From Ascoidea asiatica JCM 7603 (lineage: Eukaryota; Fungi; Ascomycota), in assembly GCA_001600695.1 (NCBI GenBank), contig BCKQ01000007.1:695096-701692 (forward strand): a stretch of DNA of 6,597 bases. The letters run 5' to 3'. The notes beneath the pieces were generated by a model that had not been told where the DNA came from, ran no database searches, and worked only from the letters and a program-made list of their open reading frames with translations. Position 1 is the stretch's first letter; the number at the start of each line of letters is the position of its first letter. Position numbers and translations under genes: made by a program. This document shows positions 1-6,017 of this stretch, piece after piece.

Positions 1-971
1 GAAACATATGAAGCAACTGCTGATGATGATTTCAAAGAGTATGAATAAGAAACTGAAACACTGCCTGAATCAATATCGGCTGAAGCATCTCCAAAATCAT
101 TACCTGAAGATGAAGCTGATCCAGTACCATCAACTGAATATAATGGTTTATCAGCATCAACAAATACATTACTTTCAACTAAAGCCTTGGCACTCTTTCT
201 AACATTAATACAATCACTCATACCATTATAATAGTTATTATAGATATGTGCAGTACCGAATCTTAAACTTGGACCTCTAGAATGTAAATCTTTGAAATAA
301 TTATAAGCATAAGTAACTGTTAAATGTCCAGTATCTTCAGAACTGTTACTGTCTGAATGTCCAACTAAAGAGGCCTTGTAATGATCATGTAAGTAACAAT
401 TGGAAATAGTAACATAATCTGAAGCATGAGTAACATCCATTAAACCATCATAATAATCTTTACCATGACTAGTATCAGAAGACATTTCACAATGATCAAT
501 CCAAACATTGGTTGATTTTTGAACTGCAATTGCATCAACTGGTGCTAAACATTTGGAAATGGCTAAGTTTCTAATAATAACATTGGAGGCTCCTTTAACT
601 CTTAATCCAACACCACTTAAAGTGATACCTGAGCTTTTACCTAAAATGGTTTTATCTGAAGTAACTGGAACTGCTTCATCTCCAGAAATTGATTTGGTAA
701 TATAAATAATATAACTACCTGATTTCTTAGCATAAGTCTTTAAATCAGCTAATGTACTGACTGAAACTGTAGTACCTCCACTACCACCTGTAGTACCACC
801 ATTTAATGAAGCATATCCAAATGCTGTATCATCACTTCTTTTTTGTAATAATTCTTGTTCATATCTTTTGGCTAATTCGGCATCTTCTCCATCAATTGGA
901 ATAGCACTTGTCATAACACTCGAGGTGAGAATGGTTGCAAATATTGCCTTTGCAATACTAGTGAAAATCAT
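1..971 (-). CDS. Secreted pectate lyase, polysaccharide lyase family 1 (PL1, Pec_lyase_C beta-helix); 3' end lies outside the window
   Basis: Manual translation from ATG at 971 (plus-strand CAT 969-971) gives 323 open codons to the window edge: MIFTSIAKAIFATILTSSVMTSA-IPIDGEDAELAKRYEQELLQKR-SDDTAFGYASLNGGTTGGSGG...VTSDKTILG...GLRVKGASNVIIRNLAI...DAIAVQKSTNVWIDHC...DYYDGLMDVTHASDYVTISNCYLHDHYKASLVGHSD...LTVTYAYNYFKDLHSRGPSLRFGTAHIYNNYY...ALVESNVF. PL1 hallmarks are present: GYAxxxGGTTGG, NVIIRNL, VWIDH (492-506), Ca-binding Asp residues (DAI, DGLMD), the Lys of HYKASLVG, and catalytic RxPxxR (RGPSLRFG, 255-278). It has a hydrophobic signal peptide and Kex2-type KR sites. It is absent from the ORF track, presumably because its stop codon is outside the window. 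Confidence 0.96.
   Translation of the reverse strand, partial: MIFTSIAKAIFATILTSSVMTSAIPIDGEDAELAKRYEQELLQKRSDDTAFGYASLNGGTTGGSGGTTVSVSTLADLKTYAKKSGSYIIYITKSISGDEAVPVTSDKTILGKSSGITLSGVGLRVKGASNVIIRNLAISKCLAPVDAIAVQKSTNVWIDHCEMSSDTSHGKDYYDGLMDVTHASDYVTISNCYLHDHYKASLVGHSDSNSSEDTGHLTVTYAYNYFKDLHSRGPSLRFGTAHIYNNYYNGMSDCINVRKSAKALVESNVFVDADKPLYSVDGTGSASSSGNDFGDASADIDSGSVSVSYSYSLKSSSAVASYV
837..971 (-). other. Signal peptide (aa ~1-23) and acidic propeptide with two Kex2-type dibasic sites (K35-R36, K44-R45)
   Basis: Uncharged hydrophobic stretch AIFATILTSSVMTSA followed by IP, then LAKR and LQKR just before the conserved PL1 N-terminal motif (AFGYA). Confidence 0.8.
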
Positions 972-2329
972 TGTAATAAGCTGGTTAAAACTCTAAAGAA
1001 AGAAAATTTTATAATAAGGAATGACTGGAATAAATTGAAATTTATTCTTTGATAAATATAAACTAATAGATAACAATAGCAATTGATAAATTATTGATTA
1101 ATAACTGATACTGATATTGATATTGATAATAGTAAGAAAAAGAACAAAAAATCATAAAATATATCTTCCAAAATATCGAGTGAAATCATCTCTATTTAAA
1201 TCATTTTCCAATCCCATTCAAACATTTACTTAATCATTTATTCAATCATTTATTCATTCATCCATTTATCTCAAGATACTAATACTTTTAATTCTCTCTC
1301 CTCTATGAACAACTAATAGAGTTAATTGAATTAATACAATAGCAGATCTGTTTCTCTTTTTCTTCTCCTCTGACACTTTTGCTCGAGTAATTCTTCTTCT
1401 TCCCTCCACTGCCTATTTGTTTATTTCCCTTTGCTCACTACCTTTGCAACTACCACCATTATTCCCCAACAAAGAACTATCTTCTTGGCGTTTGGCTATA
1501 AAATGTGAAGATCATATATATATTTCTTCAATTCAATACTTCTCACACTCTTCACTGATATCCAATGAATACTCTTCTTGTAATATTCTTGAATTTTCTT
1601 CTTTTCATCTCTTGGCATTTTTCATCTGTCGCTCAAATGAAACCATTTTTTGAGCCACGAGAAAAAGCGTGAAAATAACTCAAATTATCAGTATTTTTCC
1701 GTGAAATAATTTTCTCGTTTCTTATTTATGATTATTCAAGTATTCTAATATTATAATTTAAATGCCAAATACAAAAGCTAAGGGTTTTTTTGTTTCTGCC
1801 CTTAGAACCTTCGTAGCTGCCTGAGTTGACACAACAGATGATTTTCAAGGAAGCTGTCTCGTAATCTGCACCCAGCTTCAGCTGTTGTGGTTCATTGCTT
1901 GTCTCTCAACTCCCCAACAGTGTTCAAAACAATACTCCAACTAGTCGTAAATACACTATTAAATACTCATTCATCATCACTATTCTCTTTTCCAGTGCCA
2001 GACTCTCCAGAATAATTCATTTCATCTCAATTTATTGTTTATTTCTTTGTTTTTGTTTTGCTGCAATTTCAAAAACAGCGAGGATTTCCGCGTGTTTCTG
2101 TTATGCTTCCTGTGCACGGACGTTTCAGAATCCGCCGTGAAATTGCTCGTGCTTGAAACAAAAACAGAATATTCTAATTGATATTTCATGAAATGATGGC
2201 AGAGGGATTAGATGAAAAGAATAATCGAAGTGAAAGTTAGTCAATTAAAACAAAATATTTAGATTAATCAAAAGACAAAAAAACAAGATTTAAAAAGAAC
2301 TTAAAATAATATCAAAAACTAATTTAATA
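972..2329. promoter_or_regulatory. Divergent intergenic/promoter region shared by the pectate lyase and LSM2
   Basis: About 1.36 kb between two head-to-head ATGs with no convincing ORF. It contains poly(A/T) tracts, pyrimidine-rich runs and several repeated CG-containing short motifs. Confidence 0.75.
1105..1128. repeat. (YTGATA)4 hexanucleotide tandem repeat
   Basis: CTGATA CTGATA TTGATA TTGATA read directly from the sequence. Confidence 0.75.
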
Positions 2330-2702
2330 ATGCTTTTTTTCAGTTTTTTCAAAACCCTCGTGGATCAAGAAGTTAGTATCTCGTTAATTTATTATTCATA
2401 AACCACTTCTCAAGTTCCAGAAACTAACATAAATTTATAACTCTCAGGTAACTGTCGAATTGAAAAATGATATAGAAATAACAGGAACTTTGAAATCAGT
2501 TGATCAATATTTGAATATAAAACTATATAATATTCAAGCTTCTGATCAAGTTAAATATCCTCATTTAAATGCTGTTAAAACTTTATTTATTAGAGGCTCA
2601 ACAATAAGATATGTTCATTTACCAATAAATGCAATAGATACAACATTATTACAAGATGCTTCAAGAAAAGAATCAATGGCTTCTAAAATTGCTTCCAATT
2701 AA
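2330..2702 (+). CDS. LSM2: Lsm2, Sm-like protein of the Lsm1-7 and Lsm2-8 (U6 snRNP) rings; join(2330..2371,2448..2702), 98 aa
   Basis: Exon 1 encodes MLFFSFFKTLVDQE. Exon 2 encodes VTVELKNDIEITGTLKSVDQYLNIKLYNIQASDQVKYPHLNAVKTLFIRGSTIRYVHLPINAIDTTLLQDASRKESMASKIASN*. The joined protein has the characteristic Lsm2 N-terminus (MLFFSFFKTLVDQEV.VELKND), Sm1 (GTL.SVDQ.LN.KL), Sm2 (FIRGST.RYV) and C-terminal LLQDA.R.E. The track's 2460 TTG-start ORF is just part of exon 2. Confidence 0.96.
2372..2447 (+). other. Spliceosomal intron of LSM2 (76 nt, phase 0)
   Basis: 5' site GTTAGT at 2372, branch point AACTAAC at 2422-2428, 3' site CAG at 2445-2447. Removing it restores the conserved DQE|VTVELKND frame. 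Retaining it gives an in-frame TAA after 9 codons. Confidence 0.93.
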
Positions 2703-2895
2703 ACTAGCTTTTGTACTATTATTTTCATTTTTATTTTTATTTCTAATTATGTAATTCGTCTCTCGATACTCAGTTTTTTTTTTAGCTTTTTTCTTTTTTT
2801 AGACTTTTCCAGTTAAGGTGGGTTATGTGTGTTTTATTTATCGTTTTGATTAATTTCTTCTATTTATCATTAAAATAATTTACAGTCTTATAATT

Positions 2896-2919
2896 TATAT
2901 ATATATATATATATATATA
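2896..2919. repeat. (TA)12 microsatellite in the convergent LSM2/NCL1 3' region; probable 3'-end efficiency element
   Basis: Perfect TA dinucleotide run about 70 nt past the NCL1 stop and about 190 nt past the LSM2 stop. TATATA is the established yeast polyadenylation efficiency element. Confidence 0.85.
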
Positions 2920-2990
2920 ATCGGAAAGTGTATTTACTTTGTTGTTTTATCTCATTTTACATTAAGTGTTATCAGATTGATTAATTGCTT

Positions 2991-5351
2991 TCAGATTTCA
3001 GTAATCTCGTTTCTTTCATGACTACTTTCTTCCACGCTTTTTACTTCACTTGATTTTTTTTCCTCTTTGTTGTCTTCTTTGTTGTCTTCTTTGATTTCTT
3101 CTTTGTTGTCTTCATTATTGCTTTCGTCTTTATTCTTTTTACCTTCTCTTTTATTAGGATTTTGTGGCTTACCAACTTCTTTTGGAGTTTCAATTCCAAA
3201 TATTCTATATAATAGTTCATTACTATCTTTTTTATTAACCATTAAATTAATTGCTGTTCTACCTTTCCATAATGGTAAAAATAAATTTTCATCACCTTCT
3301 TTTCTTTTAATATTTAAAAAACAACAACCTTCTGATAAATTTTCAATTTGTTTAATGAAATCTTTATCTTCAATAAGATCCTCATTTTTAGGGAATGGAT
3401 TATTAATTAAAATTTTTAATGTTTCAATTTTACATGAAACTTGTCTACTATTACCTAATGATTCTTTTAGTAAATTTAATGATTCATGTTGAACTCTCCA
3501 TGGTAAATGATTATCATTACTTTTATTCATTCTTTGAGCTCCAAATAATTTTATACCTGAATGAATAATTTTTAATCTAATATCATTATTATTTAAAATT
3601 TCTTTTATAGATGGTGATACATAATAAATTAATCTTAATGCTTCTCCTGCTGCATTTCTAACTAATACACAATCTTTTGAAAATGTATCATTAACTTCAT
3701 AAAATTTCCAAGCATTATTCAATAATTCATTATCTGGTTTTAAAAATACATATGGTTCTTCTGAATTACCACCTTTTGATAATCTTTCTTTTTTACTTAA
3801 TTTCTTTGAATCTTCTTTAACTTCATTTTCATTCGATCCTTCTAATTTCGGTTTTTTAGATTCTGGTAATTGATCTTCACTAATATAATGTTTTTTACTT
3901 AAATCATTTGATTCATTGTTTGATTCATTTTTTACTTCATTAGGGTTATCATTTTTTTTTTCATTTTCATTTTCATTTTCATTGGATTTGATTTCTGTTT
4001 TAGCATATGGATTAATTTTTTCAATTAAAGTAATAAAAAAACCACCAGTATTTTGTTGATGAGGATAAACTCTAATACAATTTTCTAAATTATATAAATT
4101 TGCTTCTTCTTCATTTTCTGGTGGAAAACATGTATCAGGTAATTTATAATTATTTTCATTTGAATCATTTAATTCTTTGGTAATAATTTCAAAATTTTTA
4201 TTATAAACTTTCCAATTTTTTAAACCTTTATTTCTTTTTAAACCTGGTAAAAAATTATCACAATTTAAAATTTTAACTTTATTTGAACCCCATTTATTTA
4301 AAATTGAATATATTACAGCTTCATTTTCAATTGGATTTAAAGAACATGTTGAATAAACTAATTTACCACCAAATTTTAATAATTCTAAACCTCTATTTAA
4401 AATATTATATTGTAAATTATGTAAACCTAAACCATTACCAATTGTCCAATCTTTCCAAACATTTACATTTTTTCTCATTGTACCATCACCAGAACAAGGT
4501 ACATCACATAAAATTCTATCGAATTTAACATAATTTGATTGATTATTATCGATAGAATTATTATCTAATTTGATTTTTGGAAATAATTTTGCATCATGAT
4601 TAACAATTATAACATTTGGAGAAGATAATCTTTTAATTTGATGAACTAACATATGAGCTCTTTTATAATCAGCATCATTAGCAACTATACAACCAGTTGG
4701 ATTTTTTTCATTATCATTTGAATGTAAAGACTCAATTAATTGAGCAGTTTTTGAACCTGGAGCTGCACACATATCTAAAACATAATGATTTGGTTTAACA
4801 TCTAATAATAAAGGAGGAATCATTGAAACTGCTTCTTGTCTTGAAATATTACCTACTTCAGTTTCAATAACTAAATATCTTTGAAATTTTGCAAATTCCT
4901 CATTTTTTTTGATAATTGTCTTTGAAGCATTAATTTGCCAAGCTAATTCATTTGGATACCAAGGTAATGATTTTGGTTTAACAATTTCTTGGATATTATT
5001 ATCAGTAGTATCATTATCAAGATTATGTTCTTTATTATTATCTTTTAAATCCTCGACTTTAATATTCGAAAGATTTTCAAAATGATTTTGTTTAAATAAT
5101 TTTAAAATTTCATTTGCATGATTCTTTGAACCTGTAATTCTAAAAGTTAAAGGTAATGATTTTTGACAAAACTTCTTGAAGGTATCCCATTCATTTTCAT
5201 CAATAATATTCTGAGATTTATAATAATTTTCAAATTTTTCATTTTCTCTTGGAATTTCAACCCAATTTTGCCTTTGACCAAAATTTGAATCTCTTGATCT
5301 ATTATTTGAATTATTATTCCTTTTATTTTTTCTTCTATTAAATCTTCCCAT
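2991..5351 (-). CDS. NCL1: tRNA (cytosine-5)-methyltransferase Ncl1/Trm4 (NSUN2 orthologue), 786 aa
   Basis: RsmB/NOP2/NSUN motifs are present: GNISRQEAVSMIPP, SAM-binding VLDMCAAPGSKT, motif IV FDRILCDVPCSGDGTMRKN, motif VI VYSTCSLNPIENE, and RVYPHQQNTGGFF. The N-terminal ENEKFENYYKSQNII and LPLTFRITG segments are Trm4-like. The first ATG (MGRFNRRKNKR) is at 5351; the track's 5408 start is a TTG. Confidence 0.96.
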   Translation of the reverse strand: MGRFNRRKNKRNNNSNNRSRDSNFGQRQNWVEIPRENEKFENYYKSQNIIDENEWDTFKKFCQKSLPLTFRITGSKNHANEILKLFKQNHFENLSNIKVEDLKDNNKEHNLDNDTTDNNIQEIVKPKSLPWYPNELAWQINASKTIIKKNEEFAKFQRYLVIETEVGNISRQEAVSMIPPLLLDVKPNHYVLDMCAAPGSKTAQLIESLHSNDNEKNPTGCIVANDADYKRAHMLVHQIKRLSSPNVIIVNHDAKLFPKIKLDNNSIDNNQSNYVKFDRILCDVPCSGDGTMRKNVNVWKDWTIGNGLGLHNLQYNILNRGLELLKFGGKLVYSTCSLNPIENEAVIYSILNKWGSNKVKILNCDNFLPGLKRNKGLKNWKVYNKNFEIITKELNDSNENNYKLPDTCFPPENEEEANLYNLENCIRVYPHQQNTGGFFITLIEKINPYAKTEIKSNENENENEKKNDNPNEVKNESNNESNDLSKKHYISEDQLPESKKPKLEGSNENEVKEDSKKLSKKERLSKGGNSEEPYVFLKPDNELLNNAWKFYEVNDTFSKDCVLVRNAAGEALRLIYYVSPSIKEILNNNDIRLKIIHSGIKLFGAQRMNKSNDNHLPWRVQHESLNLLKESLGNSRQVSCKIETLKILINNPFPKNEDLIEDKDFIKQIENLSEGCCFLNIKRKEGDENLFLPLWKGRTAINLMVNKKDSNELLYRIFGIETPKEVGKPQNPNKREGKKNKDESNNEDNKEEIKEDNKEDNKEEKKSSEVKSVEESSHERNEITEI
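3054..3113 (-). repeat. 12-bp coding minisatellite in the NCL1 C-terminal tail (EDNK-EEIK-EDNK-EDNK-EEKK)
   Basis: Plus-strand unit TTTGTTGTCTTC at 3066, 3078 and 3102, with variants at 3090 and 3054. Confidence 0.85.
3960..3983 (-). repeat. (AATGAA)4 coding repeat (NENENENE) in an NCL1 low-complexity insertion
   Basis: Plus strand reads (TTCATT)4. Confidence 0.85.
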
Positions 5352-5640
5352 TTTCAAAAGATTTGTAAATGCAGTTATAACGTGGACTTTAAACAATTCT
5401 AAACACAAATTCCAGTATATAGGATATTATCTAGGTATGTTTATTCTTTTTTTTTATGTACAATATATATTTGTAATTGCTTATTTGAATTTACTGTTCC
5501 AATTTCACCTCATTTCCATTTCAATTTATTTTATTTCCATTGAAAAAGCTTCAAAAAGATTGAAAGATTGAAAAAAAAAAGAAAAAGAGAAAACCCACAG
5601 ACTCGGTCTCAGTGTTACATAAGCAGAAAGTCAGCCACGC

Positions 5641-5648
5641 CATGTGAC
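5641..5648 (-). promoter_or_regulatory. RTCACRTG (Cbf1/CDEI-type bHLH) motif in the divergent NCL1/ORF6018 promoter
   Basis: Plus CATGTGAC = minus GTCACATG, an exact match to RTCACRTG, in a locally GC-richer patch next to a poly(A) tract. Function is inferred only. Confidence 0.4.
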
Positions 5649-5696
5649 TTATTTAGGGGACGGACGACAGCGAAAGGGGTCTGTCAGCCCACACAA

Positions 5697-5780
5697 TTAT
5701 TGATTATTGATTATTGATTATTGACTATTGACTATGGAGTGTTGAGTGTTGAGTGTTGAATCTTGTTTACTGTTTACAGA
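5697..5780. repeat. Degenerate 7-nt-period tandem array (12 units)
   Basis: TTATTGA x4, CTATTGA, CTATGGA, GTGTTGA x3, ATCTTGT, TTACTGT, TTACAGA, all in one register. Confidence 0.8.
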
Positions 5781-6017
5781 CACTCATTGATCTAAACTAC
5801 AATAGTACTACTTATCTGCTCTGCTCTTCCAGTTGCGAAACACTTTTATCGTCGATGTCAGTGGTTTGGTCTGAAATATTCAGTATTTAGTCAAGATCAA
5901 TTGAAAGAATTCTTGGACTGGGGTGTTAAATGAAAGCTAGGGATACCAACATTGAGTGGTGCAAAAAAAAACTAGTGAAAAAAGTGATTTAAAACAGCCA
6001 GAGAAGTTGAAAAAATA

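Noticed and set aside
8-202. 64-aa plus-strand ORF from the track
   Set aside because: Antisense shadow of the pectate lyase CDS with no recognisable motifs.
1417-1653. 78-aa plus-strand ORF
   Set aside because: TTG start and S/F/L-rich composition typical of pyrimidine-rich intergenic DNA.
1878-1980. Possible minus-strand C/D-box snoRNA (GTGATGA at 1980-1974, CTGA at 1881-1878)
   Set aside because: No terminal stem and no guide complementary to rRNA that I could recognise. The box motifs are short enough to occur by chance. A snoscan or Rfam search would settle it.
1895-2140. 81-aa plus-strand ORF
   Set aside because: TTG start, lies in the LSM2 promoter, and shows no recognisable homology or host codon bias.
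3067-3492. 141-aa plus-strand ORF
   Set aside because: Antisense to NCL1. Its LSSL repeats are the mirror image of the EDNK repeats.
4283-4528. 81-aa plus-strand ORF
   Set aside because: Antisense to the NCL1 catalytic core, with a non-ATG start.
5352-5408. 19-aa N-terminal extension of NCL1 from the TTG at 5408
   Set aside because: Eukaryotic gene with a good ATG at 5351 (A at -3) giving a Trm4-like basic N-terminus. Nothing supports near-cognate initiation.
5435-5440. Perfect GTATGT 5' splice site on the plus strand
   Set aside because: Wrong strand for NCL1, and no downstream CTAAC-type branch point links it to the gene at 6018.
5641-5780. Point centromere suggested by the CDEI-like RTCACRTG motif
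   Set aside because: No ~80-bp, >90% AT CDEII directly adjacent and no CDEIII consensus. The motif sits in an ordinary divergent promoter.
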